Source: a virus
DNA length: 44,021 bases
Virus genome (UHGV): UHGV-0153635
Strand: one strand, 5' to 3'
Within the stretch, counting starts at the first letter, position 1; each line of letters starts with the position of its first letter. The position numbers were made by a program, and so were the translations under genes. The notes below the pieces were generated by a model, which was not told the DNA's origin, made no database searches, and worked only from the letters and a program-made list of their open reading frames with translations. Below, piece after piece: positions 35,586-44,021 of the stretch.

Positions 35586-35946
35586 GAACCAGCACAGTAC
35601 CCAGCAGCTCCCCCATTACCTCTACGGCAACCAGGCCCTGCTCTGGGTCGTACAGCACCGCAGCGATATTCCCTAGGTGCGCTGAGAGGCTACCTACAAT
35701 GCGCAGGTACACCAGCGGGTCCTCTAAGAGCTTCTCAGCCTTAGCTGGGATATCGTTGTGCTGTTGCATCTGCTCCTCAACCAGGGCGAAGTCTGCGCCA
35801 TACACCTTACCCAGCAGCACCAGGTCAGACTTAATGCAGCTAACGGTAGGCTCTGCGTCGTTGTACAAGTCCCCAATGAAGCGGCTTACTTCGTAGGATA
35901 GGTTCTGGAAAGCAGTCTGAATCTCTTTAGTATTCTCGGTCATCAT
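35566..35946 (-). CDS. hypothetical protein (126 aa)
   Basis: ORF track; ATG ATG start; hairpin AGGCCC/GGGCCT in its upstream intergenic. Confidence 0.5.
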   Translation of the reverse strand: MMTENTKEIQTAFQNLSYEVSRFIGDLYNDAEPTVSCIKSDLVLLGKVYGADFALVEEQMQQHNDIPAKAEKLLEDPLVYLRIVGSLSAHLGNIAAVLYDPEQGLVAVEVMGELLGTVLVLEAAGY

Positions 35947-36012
35947 AATCCTTAGAGGCCCACTAGGGGCCTATTGCATTGGGTAGGTTTCAAAGTCTAA
36001 CTGTGCTGGCGT

Positions 36013-36816
36013 TCAGGCTACCGGAGGAGCGATAGGCGCTACCGGAGCCTGCGGAGCTACTGGAGCAACAGGCGCAGCAGCAACTGGGGCAGCGGGGGCC
36101 GTAGGGGCTGCCGGGGCAGGGGTGGTTGCAGGTGCCATATCCTCAGGAGCAGGTACGCCTCCCATCAGCATCTGCTGCAACGGTGAACCTTCAAAATCCA
36201 CCGCAGCCAAGATGTCGTTCTGAATGAAGTTATTAGCTGCAATATGCAGAGAGTCCCAAGTTTCCTGAGTGGGGTTCTGCCAAAGAAAGATTCGCAGGAA
36301 CTGCTCGTCCAGCTCAGGCAGCACGATAGGTGCACCAGTGTTCGGGTCAAACTTCGGCAGAGGGCGAGTACCGGAGAACTCAATAACGTTCAGGGTCTTG
36401 CCCGCCTTAGTGGTGTGCTGCTCTACCTCAAATGCCATAGGCTTACCCAGTGCCTGTGCCAGGTGCTTCATGGTGCCATCTACGTTCATCTTGTCGAACA
36501 GTTGCTTGAACTTAGCTTTCTCGAAGCTGGACACCACCATAGGGAACGGGTTAATGCGCTTGATACCGCCGTCTGGGGTGTAGATGATAAAGCCTGTGCG
36601 TACGTTCAACACTGCTGGCTTACCAGTAGGCTTGCCTGCGTTCATTGGAATCTTCTTGCCCAGCTCGATGTACTCAACCATGCGTCCGTAGTAAGTACCC
36701 TTCGGCAGCAGCACGTCCTCAAAGTTACCGCCGCCCTGCTGCGTAATGCTGTGATCTACGCCCTGGGTTTCTACGGTTTCGTTTACCAGCGCAGCGATGT
36801 TGTTCAGAATAGTCAT
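36013..36816 (-). CDS. hypothetical protein (267 aa) with Pro/Ala-rich low-complexity C-terminal tail
   Basis: ATG 36816 with GAGAGAG RBS; C-terminus PAPAAPTAPAAPVAAAPVAPVAPQAPVAP. Confidence 0.55.
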   Translation of the reverse strand: MTILNNIAALVNETVETQGVDHSITQQGGGNFEDVLLPKGTYYGRMVEYIELGKKIPMNAGKPTGKPAVLNVRTGFIIYTPDGGIKRINPFPMVVSSFEKAKFKQLFDKMNVDGTMKHLAQALGKPMAFEVEQHTTKAGKTLNVIEFSGTRPLPKFDPNTGAPIVLPELDEQFLRIFLWQNPTQETWDSLHIAANNFIQNDILAAVDFEGSPLQQMLMGGVPAPEDMAPATTPAPAAPTAPAAPVAAAPVAPVAPQAPVAPIAPPVA

Positions 36817-37069
36817 ATAGATTAGCTCTCTCGTGTGATTAATGTATTATTTACGTTCAGATGCAGGCGGGGCCTACGTTATACGATGATGGTATCACCA
36901 ACCTTTAAGGCGTGCGCAGACTCCTCAGATTTGAACCACTTCTCCGTACTGCTGGTATGGCCCCAGCAGTTATACTCCACCTGTACACGCCAGGTCTGGT
37001 ATTGCTCATCCCAAACAGGCATTTCTACCTTTGTTAACGTAGCGTCTAATGTATTCATAGAACCTCCAG

Positions 37070-38047
37070 TTACTTCTTACGCCCTACCCAACGACCGTTT
37101 TCGTCGAGTAGCATAGGTACGATTTGGGGGCAACCTTCAGTAATTACCATACACCCCAGAATCGGCTTGCTACGAGACAACTTACCATAAGCAAACGCCA
37201 GGCTTTTGTTGTCAATCAAGCAACCGCAGTGTGCTCCAAAGTACAGGGCCGTGCTGCTGGCTGCATACTGAATATCTAGCTTACCGTGAAAGTGCCCTAT
37301 CACCATTGATTTGCGCTCATGCGCAGCGTTAAGCAACAGGTCCCCGGCTACCTGATGTTGGAAGCGCACGGTGCCGAGCGCTGTTTCCAAGTCCCAAGCG
37401 TCACCCCAGCTCCAACCAGGAGCACCGTGCTCTGGGAATAAGATGTCGCGGTACTTCTTGATGAACTGAACAGGCAGCCCGTGCGCCTTCGCTCTGCGAT
37501 AGATAAGCGAGCCGTGGTTAGAGTCGCACAGTAGCATGTTCGGGAAGATGCCGTGCAGTTTCTCTAAGCCAGCCTTGGCTTTCTCCAACTCAACCCCCGC
37601 GCTATCTAGCTCCGGGCTGCTGTCATGGAAGCTAATAGCGTGACCATCAGTCTCATCACCAATCTGTACAACAATATCAGGGTAGTACTCATCCCGCACA
37701 GACTTCAGGAAGTCATAAGCGTCTGGGTGTACATACGGCTCGTGCAGGTCCCCCACTACCAGAATGCGCTGACACACTTCCGGTACGTAAGTATTGCCCA
37801 AGTCGTCCGTAGGGGATGGCTGGATTACTTTACGGGCTTGCATCAGGGCGTTGTTAGCCTTGCTCTTGCTGCCGCCGTTATCAATGAAGATGCTGCGCCA
37901 GTACCGTACTAACTGACGGGACACTGTGTGTTGATAACCTGTGCGCTCAGTATAGGCTAATGAGGCATCGAAGTTATCTGGGTACTCTTTTAGAATCTGC
38001 TCATGCTGCTCTTTAGTGAATAACTTAATTAGAGATACTTTAGCCAA
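37070..38047 (-). CDS. calcineurin-like metallophosphoesterase
   Basis: GDLHE, GDETDGH and CDSNHG motifs; start moved to TTG 38047 with AGGAGA RBS (track start 38119 is also TTG). Confidence 0.65.
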   Translation of the reverse strand: MAKVSLIKLFTKEQHEQILKEYPDNFDASLAYTERTGYQHTVSRQLVRYWRSIFIDNGGSKSKANNALMQARKVIQPSPTDDLGNTYVPEVCQRILVVGDLHEPYVHPDAYDFLKSVRDEYYPDIVVQIGDETDGHAISFHDSSPELDSAGVELEKAKAGLEKLHGIFPNMLLCDSNHGSLIYRRAKAHGLPVQFIKKYRDILFPEHGAPGWSWGDAWDLETALGTVRFQHQVAGDLLLNAAHERKSMVIGHFHGKLDIQYAASSTALYFGAHCGCLIDNKSLAFAYGKLSRSKPILGCMVITEGCPQIVPMLLDENGRWVGRKK

Positions 38048-38122
38048 GGGGATTCTCCTGTATTGTCCTATACGTGTTACTTCTATTGCAGCAGTTTCAT
38101 AGTCCTGCTGCAATGTCAAGCA

Positions 38123-38335
38123 TTATTCTACGAGCTTGTACTCGCCGGGGAAGAAGGTTACTGTGTCGTTTATATCAGTCCACAACTCAATCTCCCCGGT
38201 ATCCGGCCAATAAGCTACCACCTCATGCCGCGTGCCCACGGGGAAACGCTTGGCATCTTCTGGGTCAATGTAGTCCAGGTCGTGATGCACAATCTCAATG
38301 ATGCTGCCTACTTTAATCATCTTCCGGCTCCTCAC
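38123..38335 (-). CDS. hypothetical protein (70 aa)
   Basis: ORF track. Confidence 0.4.
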   Translation of the reverse strand: MRSRKMIKVGSIIEIVHHDLDYIDPEDAKRFPVGTRHEVVAYWPDTGEIELWTDINDTVTFFPGEYKLVE

Positions 38336-38519
38336 AATAAACTTCTCTGAAGTAGGTTAGTAGGTTACTCTGCGCACACAACATCTCGTGCATGTAGCGA
38401 TGTATCATAGGGTCGGTTTTAATTAACCCCTCACCGCCTAGCTTACGTAGCATGTACGCAATGTCATTACCGCCCTTATCCATGTAGTAGTCTACTAACC
38501 TAGCGTTAAACTTCTGCAT
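38313..38519 (-). CDS. hypothetical protein (68 aa)
   Basis: ORF track. Confidence 0.4.
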   Translation of the reverse strand: MQKFNARLVDYYMDKGGNDIAYMLRKLGGEGLIKTDPMIHRYMHEMLCAQSNLLTYFREVYCEEPEDD

Positions 38520-38655
38520 CTTCGACCTCCATAGTTTCTACGTAAGCATCCCAAAGGTTACGGGAATGGTCTTGTGCTGCGTCCTTATCTAAGTATACAG
38601 CAGTAGGGGACACATCCCCCCAACAATCCCGCTCAAACACTATGTGAACTTGCAT
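38506..38655 (-). CDS. hypothetical small protein (start uncertain)
   Basis: ORF track 38506..38706 trimmed to an internal ATG to limit overlap with the polymerase gene. Confidence 0.3.
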   Translation of the reverse strand: MQVHIVFERDCWGDVSPTAVYLDKDAAQDHSRNLWDAYVETMEVEDAEV

Positions 38656-41029
38656 AGTACTCCTCAACGCTAGGTGTGTGTGTTTTGCTGTACATGCTCG
38701 GACCATGCTCTGCTGCCGCAGGGAATGGTACTTGCGAGATGATGCCGTAGTTAGGCCACAGTGCAGCGATGCGACGCGGCGCTTCCTCCATGCATTCCTT
38801 GACCAAGTTACCAGCTAGCACGGCAGTTTCCTCATCAGCACTGTCCAGATACAGGGCGTCGTGTACGTTAGTAATCAGGCACACCTTACCACCAAACCAA
38901 TCCTTAGCAATCAGATTACGCAGCACTTGCCCAGCGGCGATTGCCATGAGAAAGAACGCTTCTGATTGGCACCAGTAGTTAGCTAGCTCTGTGCCTTTGT
39001 AATCCATCACCTGCACTTTCCTTCCGCCGCCCTCGGGAACCTGCCACTGAAGTTTCTGCCTGAATGACAGGCGTGTACCCGCTGGGCTGGTCCAGTACCC
39101 TCGGCGATACAAACGCCACTGCCCATCCTCGCACTGCTCACGCAGCACAGGTTCCAGCATCCCGGTGCGCTCAACCTCGGCGCGTACTACATCACGGAAG
39201 CCAATGGTTGTAGGGAACAGCTTAGCCTCGTTATCCAGGAAGCTCTGCGCGTACTCCACGGTACAGCCTGTAGCAAACGCAATCCCCTTGGCTGTAGCGC
39301 CATATTGCGCTGCGAAGCTCGGGGGCTTGATGTCTGTACGCTGCTGCTTCCAGTACTTGTAGTCCGGTCCATCCTGGTTATGGCAGAGCTGGTACATCTC
39401 CTCGTAGCTCTTGCCTTCCTTGAAGGCTAGGCGGTAGCAGTGCATGTCCGTGTCTTTCTGGAGTAGCTCAAGTAGTTTAAGGTCTCCTGTATGAACACAG
39501 GACATAACCACTTCCAGGGCCGAGTAGTCAACTTCAGTGATACGACCAGACTCTCCGAAACGAGAGGTGAACATCTGTTTAACCCGACTTGTCCCATCGC
39601 GCGGTAGATTCTGGAGGTTCGGATTGGACGCTGAAAGACGCCCTGTGACGGTACTGCATGTATTAAGACGGTGGTGGATAATACCTGAACCATCAGGGTT
39701 CTCAGGTATGACGTACTGAAGCATGCCCGAGGTCTTCTTAACTGAGCCATCTTTATTGTACTCCGTGCGAAGGTAGTAAGTTCCCGTGTCTTTCTCCAGC
39801 GCAGCCAGCTCATTCACTAACTTAGCGAACTCGAAGCCCTGCGCAGCCAGGCCGTTCATTGCATCACCGCTGGTGCTGTACACTGGGGAACCGTCAGGCA
39901 GTACCTGAGCACCTCTGAACTCCCCGCGCTCACTGTACTTCTCCTGTAAATGCTGCGGTAGCTCCTGAATGTTCACGATGCCGGGGAAGTTGTAGATGCC
40001 CTTGCCCCACTTCAGCTTCTCCTTGTCAGAGTCTACCCGGAATACCTTGGGCATACCCTTGTTCTTACCCGCAGCGTAAGTTACATAGTTATGATTACCA
40101 CTAACATCAGTTTCTGCGCACGGTACGTAAGTACTGTCGCTGCCCCGCACCAAGTACGCATCATACTTCTCGTACTGCGGCGGGTCATACGGAACCTTCA
40201 TGTCATAGCGAATAGGTCCGCCATACACCAGCGCAGACATATGATAGTTGCTACCGTAGTTGAACTCGAACTCTTCCGGCAGGTCCTTAGGCAGGTACTG
40301 CTGCAACTGCTGACGCAGCTCCTGAATGCGCTGCTCCTGCTCAGCTTGGTTCCGCTGCGCTACAGGCATGTTTACGTAAAGGCCGAAGAACTCACAGTAC
40401 GCCCAAGCCAGCATAGCATCCATACGCTCCCAGACCATCTGCATTTGCCCGCGCTCTGCGAAGATACTGCACTGTCCGTAGAAGCACAGGGCCGTATTTG
40501 GCACGTCACCATTCACCAAGTAATCCCTCAGTAGAATGGGGTCTATCTCTGAGGTTAAAGCGCCTTGTTCCCACAGTAACTTAACCCCATCAATCTTATG
40601 CTCACCGCCGTACTTAGGTGCGGTTTCGTCTAGAGAGGGGTACAGGTCCTGAAAGTCACTAGCAATATAATGTCCATGCATCGTGTCAAATACTCGGCCC
40701 CCGCGCTTCAAGAACTCCTCGAAGTGCTGACGCTGATAGGTCAGGAACCAGCTAATCTCGAACGCCGCGTTATGCGCTACAAGGAGCCAACAATCGCTGG
40801 GTATACGGAACCACAGATGCTCCCCGGCTACATCATCCAAGAACTCCTGCTTGCTGTTGAAGCGAATGTCAAAGGTCGGCTCTACAGTAACCGTACCATC
40901 ATCATGGGCCCTGTCGATGCGGTAGGCTGAGTGCACTACGTAGTTGTCAGGGCAATAAGGACTAGCCTTGCTGCCGTAGTACGGGTGATTCTCGACCTCA
41001 AGGTCAATCGTCATAATGCTACTAGTCAT
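38633..41029 (-). CDS. DNA polymerase, family A with 3'-5' exonuclease domain (T7 gp5-like)
   Basis: 798 aa; N-terminal exo motif TIDLEVEN; ATG 41029 one nt after the HNH stop. Confidence 0.9.
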   Translation of the reverse strand: MTSSIMTIDLEVENHPYYGSKASPYCPDNYVVHSAYRIDRAHDDGTVTVEPTFDIRFNSKQEFLDDVAGEHLWFRIPSDCWLLVAHNAAFEISWFLTYQRQHFEEFLKRGGRVFDTMHGHYIASDFQDLYPSLDETAPKYGGEHKIDGVKLLWEQGALTSEIDPILLRDYLVNGDVPNTALCFYGQCSIFAERGQMQMVWERMDAMLAWAYCEFFGLYVNMPVAQRNQAEQEQRIQELRQQLQQYLPKDLPEEFEFNYGSNYHMSALVYGGPIRYDMKVPYDPPQYEKYDAYLVRGSDSTYVPCAETDVSGNHNYVTYAAGKNKGMPKVFRVDSDKEKLKWGKGIYNFPGIVNIQELPQHLQEKYSERGEFRGAQVLPDGSPVYSTSGDAMNGLAAQGFEFAKLVNELAALEKDTGTYYLRTEYNKDGSVKKTSGMLQYVIPENPDGSGIIHHRLNTCSTVTGRLSASNPNLQNLPRDGTSRVKQMFTSRFGESGRITEVDYSALEVVMSCVHTGDLKLLELLQKDTDMHCYRLAFKEGKSYEEMYQLCHNQDGPDYKYWKQQRTDIKPPSFAAQYGATAKGIAFATGCTVEYAQSFLDNEAKLFPTTIGFRDVVRAEVERTGMLEPVLREQCEDGQWRLYRRGYWTSPAGTRLSFRQKLQWQVPEGGGRKVQVMDYKGTELANYWCQSEAFFLMAIAAGQVLRNLIAKDWFGGKVCLITNVHDALYLDSADEETAVLAGNLVKECMEEAPRRIAALWPNYGIISQVPFPAAAEHGPSMYSKTHTPSVEEYYASSHSV

Positions 41030-41030
41030 A

Positions 41031-41519
41031 TTATAGTCCGTGATTATTGTGGTACCCGGCTGCTTCAGCCGCCAACCTCCGGCACTCTATGGCTTGCTCG
41101 ATATTACCGAAGGACCCTAACTGTTTATTTCCAATAGTTGCTATCCAACGATTACCTTTCTTGTATACCCCGACGTAACCGCTGCGATTGCTTTTGTATA
41201 AAGACTTGTTCTGCATGTTTTGCTCTGGTAGCACTGCTCTTAAATTATCTGGAGTATCATCTAACCTATTATGGTTTATGTGGTCTACATGATAACCTGC
41301 CCGCAGCGGCCCATTATGCATCTCATATACTATCAAACTTCTCTTATATAACTTGTTGTGTAGCTTAATGTACCAGTACCCGCACACCTTGTTTAAGGTG
41401 CCCGCTTCGGAACCTGCTGCACAATTTAGACGGCTACGCCCGCGTCCGCTGCGAACTTCATGCTTCCAATAAAGCTTGCCATCTCTGTATGTAAACCAAG
41501 TACCCCAATTCATTTCCAC
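41031..41519 (-). CDS. HNH homing endonuclease (paralog family member 4), AT-rich
   Basis: HVDHINHNRLDDTPDNLR...EQNMQN; visibly lower GC than the flanking polymerase and helicase genes. Confidence 0.8.
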   Translation of the reverse strand: MEMNWGTWFTYRDGKLYWKHEVRSGRGRSRLNCAAGSEAGTLNKVCGYWYIKLHNKLYKRSLIVYEMHNGPLRAGYHVDHINHNRLDDTPDNLRAVLPEQNMQNKSLYKSNRSGYVGVYKKGNRWIATIGNKQLGSFGNIEQAIECRRLAAEAAGYHNNHGL

Positions 41520-41672
41520 TTAGCCCTCCGAGCCTTGTTAATCGCCAGGTGCACTATGAGCTGGCTTGACTCTAGCGCGTAGCTTTTACGGGAAGTACGT
41601 GCAGATGCAGCGTAGGCCTTAATGACCTCGTAGTCCCGGTCAGTGACGTCTTCTTTAGTCAGCATGTTACTC

Positions 41673-41846
41673 ACCTATATTCATAGGCACAGTGTGCACA
41701 GCTACGAACATATCGAAAGCTCCGCGCATGTAAGGTTTCTGGTATATGCCCTCTACCTGAACAAAACTATCTTCAACATTATCAAAATGTTTTGCTACAT
41801 AACCTTCAAAGGCTGCTTTTAATGCCTCATACTCTGCTCGTGTCAT
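41673..41846 (-). CDS. hypothetical small protein (58 aa)
   Basis: Manual translation; ATG 41846 with GAGGTTAGT upstream; AT-rich. Confidence 0.3.
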
Positions 41847-41925
41847 ACTAACCTCTACACTCTATATAATAGGGGATAATTGAGACAACCAACACGCCAG
41901 CCTCTGCTGGAAGCTGGCTTAGTAG

Positions 41926-42132
41926 TTACTCTACTACGAAGTAGATAGCTTGCATTCGCTCAAGGTCGTCGGTGTGTGCGTCCCCTGTATCGAAGTACTC
42001 ATTGCTATTCTCATCGTAAGCCAGAATCTCTCCGCCAACGTCGTGGAAGGAGGTGCTCCACACTTGCCCGGCGTGCTCCCATACCGCTACAAAGTTTCCT
42101 GACTCTGGACGAGTTTTTACTTGCTTAATCAT
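41926..42132 (-). CDS. hypothetical protein (68 aa)
   Basis: ORF track; ATG overlaps helicase stop. Confidence 0.45.
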   Translation of the reverse strand: MIKQVKTRPESGNFVAVWEHAGQVWSTSFHDVGGEILAYDENSNEYFDTGDAHTDDLERMQAIYFVVE

Positions 42133-43406
42133 GCTAATTTCCCCGCGTTGAACTGGCAGCGTCCACCATCGAACTCTACCTGGAATTGTAAGTAGCTCTG
42201 ACTACCGGACTTGCCGAGCTTGTTCTTTGGCGTGCTAATGCCGCGAACATCCAGCATATCCGGCCTTGTGCTGGGGTCTAACCTGCCCATCATGATGCAC
42301 AGGTCCAGCGCGCCCTGTACACCAATCTTGCTCTGCTTCATCGCTGTCAGCGGTGGGTACAGCATATCGTAACCTTCGACTGATAGCTGCATAGTGCCTA
42401 TGATGATGCAGTCGTACTCGCAGCCCAGTACTCGCAGCTCCTGCCATTTCGCTTCCAGCCCCTGGTGCTCTGACTCTGCTGTACCGCCCCGGATATTCGC
42501 AACCATATCCACAACCAGCACAGCCGGGCGCATCTCCTCCATCAATGTAGCTATCTGAGGCATAGTGATGCTGTGCGCATCCTTAACTCTGATGCGGTCC
42601 CAGCTACCTACCTTAGCCAGGTACTTCTCTGCGAACTTACCTTGCTTATGCTGCTCTACAATCTCATGCAATGTCAGCCCTGTAGCTGCCTGGTAGATAC
42701 GCGGTACAGTACGCTTAGCTAAGCTTTCATTGACGAGCCATAGTACAGGGCGGTCAGCATAGCTTTCCTCTTTTCGTGCCATCTGCTCGACCAGGCCCAC
42801 GACAGTTGCAGCCAGTAAAGAGGTTTTCCCTGCATCGACGGGTGCCGCAACAGCAACACAGTCCCCACCGCGGAGACCACGGATATTGTCAGCAAGCTCA
42901 GGAAATACATTAAGTTTAAGGCCGCCGCTTTCATCAGTAGCCGCAAGTATATCATCTACACCCCCATCTTCCCAGTTCAACAAAGAGTCCTGCGCTGTCG
43001 CTACGCTGCTGTACTTGCGCTCTAACTGCTTGGCCTCTGCGATAAAGTCTATCTCTGCACCATCCTGGTACTGCTGCACCAGCGCCGCCATCTCGCCGGA
43101 GTAGGCCATCTCATTCAGAGTACGCACTACCCCGGCTGCTGCCTCGTCTGGAACCTGCTGCACTTGCTTGAGCATGTGCTTCAGAATATCCATCTGCTCT
43201 TTCTGTAGATGCTGCCCGCGCATCCCCAGGAGCGTCTGCATAGCGTCCCACTGCACAGCGTTGCTGTCGGTGTAGGTTCCGTAGTACAGGTCCACCCAGC
43301 CCAGCAGCGCTACTGTATCTACAGCCAGCATGGACTTCGGTATCTGCTCTCGCAAGCGTTGCCAGACCTTGCGTTCACACATCGCCTTTACGATTAAGTA
43401 ATCCAA
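42129..43406 (-). CDS. replicative DNA helicase (DnaB/T7 gp4 helicase-domain family)
   Basis: Walker A APVDAGKTS; 425 aa; TTG start with AAGGAG RBS. Confidence 0.85.
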   Translation of the reverse strand: MDYLIVKAMCERKVWQRLREQIPKSMLAVDTVALLGWVDLYYGTYTDSNAVQWDAMQTLLGMRGQHLQKEQMDILKHMLKQVQQVPDEAAAGVVRTLNEMAYSGEMAALVQQYQDGAEIDFIAEAKQLERKYSSVATAQDSLLNWEDGGVDDILAATDESGGLKLNVFPELADNIRGLRGGDCVAVAAPVDAGKTSLLAATVVGLVEQMARKEESYADRPVLWLVNESLAKRTVPRIYQAATGLTLHEIVEQHKQGKFAEKYLAKVGSWDRIRVKDAHSITMPQIATLMEEMRPAVLVVDMVANIRGGTAESEHQGLEAKWQELRVLGCEYDCIIIGTMQLSVEGYDMLYPPLTAMKQSKIGVQGALDLCIMMGRLDPSTRPDMLDVRGISTPKNKLGKSGSQSYLQFQVEFDGGRCQFNAGKLA

Positions 43407-43409
43407 GCC

Positions 43410-43793
43410 TTACTCCTTCTCGTTTAAGTATTCCTGCATCTTCTTCTCCAGAACCTTCAGAGAACTTCCGGCCAGCTTCTGAACATCCGGGTTTTTAGCT
43501 ACCGCCTCAACGCCACTTGCTGCTGCCATGGTGTAAATAGTCTTGGTAGTGGGCACAAAGGGGTACATCAGCAACAGCACTGCCCATACTACAGCCGCAT
43601 AGCGCACTACTTTAAAAGAGGATTTACGCGCGGACTGTTCTGCCTCATAGCTGTTTGTTAGCATGTCCGCTAGCATTAGTATAATCATAGGGGAGAGTAC
43701 CAAAGCAAACCCTCCCAGCACCAACACAATCTCCAGCGTTGACTTAACACCGCCAACAGTACCTGCCAAGTAGATAAAAGTAGCAAAGTTCAT
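43410..43793 (-). CDS. membrane protein (127 aa) between primase and helicase
   Basis: ORF track; several hydrophobic helices. Confidence 0.5.
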   Translation of the reverse strand: MNFATFIYLAGTVGGVKSTLEIVLVLGGFALVLSPMIILMLADMLTNSYEAEQSARKSSFKVVRYAAVVWAVLLLMYPFVPTTKTIYTMAAASGVEAVAKNPDVQKLAGSSLKVLEKKMQEYLNEKE

Positions 43794-44021
43794 TTTAAAC
43801 CCTCCAGAATCTCTGAGATATTACATGCCTTAGGGTCGTCCCTAAGCACCCGGTCGTGCACTGGCAGGAACGGCTTCAGGGTACGCTGTATCGTCTTAGC
43901 CCCGGCCCAGCCAGCTTCGTCATTGTCCAGCATCAACAGCACTGGCTTACCAAGCTGAATCAGCTTCGCTTTCAGCGGCAGCGATAATCTGGTCCCAAGT
44001 AAGGCTACCGCCGTAACAGGT
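43790..44021 (-). CDS. DNA primase, 3' portion with Toprim DxD motif; continues from 1..536
   Basis: Translation entering from the window edge gives ...VLLMLDNDEAGWAGAKTIQRT...ILEGLK, then TGA overlapping the next ATG (ATGA). Confidence 0.6.
   Translation of the reverse strand, partial: PVTAVALLGTRLSLPLKAKLIQLGKPVLLMLDNDEAGWAGAKTIQRTLKPFLPVHDRVLRDDPKACNISEILEGLK

Noticed and set aside
36835-37116. Plus-strand 93-aa ORF in the gap between the 267-aa gene and the metallophosphatase
   Set aside because: Opposite strand to every other gene, no RBS, and it overlaps the 3' end of the phosphatase gene.
41520-42132. DNA ligase expected between helicase and polymerase in T7/phiKMV-like genomes
   Set aside because: No ORF of suitable size and no KxDG adenylation motif was seen there; absence by eye is not proof and needs a profile search.
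1-44021. CRISPR arrays and tRNA genes
   Set aside because: No regularly spaced direct repeats with unique spacers and no cloverleaf-like tRNA sequence were noticed; a manual scan cannot exclude a tRNA, so tRNAscan-SE should be run.

Overview
This window reads as a complete or near-complete genome of a lytic T7-superfamily podophage (Autographiviridae-like), shown in reverse orientation: every convincing gene is on the minus strand and the plus-strand ORFs in the track look like shadow ORFs. The window is circularly permuted: a DnaG/Toprim-type primase gene starts at 536, runs off position 1 and continues in frame at 44021 down to 43790. In phage orientation the order is: terminal/repeat region (about 5535-6160), three left-end genes, an early region with near-consensus host-type promoters and many small ORFs, primase, helicase, family-A DNA polymerase, 5'-3' exonuclease, endonuclease VII, single-subunit RNA polymerase placed just before the structural genes (phiKMV-like rather than T7-like placement), then portal, scaffold, capsid, tail tubular A/B, internal virion proteins, tail fiber, small and large terminase, a lysis cassette (candidate unimolecular spanin, pinholin-like holin, SAR endolysin) and a beta-helix tailspike/depolymerase as the last gene. 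This layout resembles KP34-like (Drulisvirus-type) Klebsiella phages, but that is inference from architecture; no search was run. Most worth a second look: a compact protein carrying cytosine-C5 methyltransferase motifs next to a Cys-rich mini-protein immediately upstream of the RNAP gene; five free-standing HNH endonuclease genes (four paralogous); an AT-rich two-gene accessory islet; an exact 12-mer repeated four times in front of start codons; and a heptamer repeat array at the presumed genome ends. No tRNA, CRISPR array, integrase or repressor was recognised by eye. All coordinates and motif readings come from manual translation of the supplied sequence and ORF track; several track starts are GTG/TTG and were moved to the start best supported by an RBS and the upstream stop codon.
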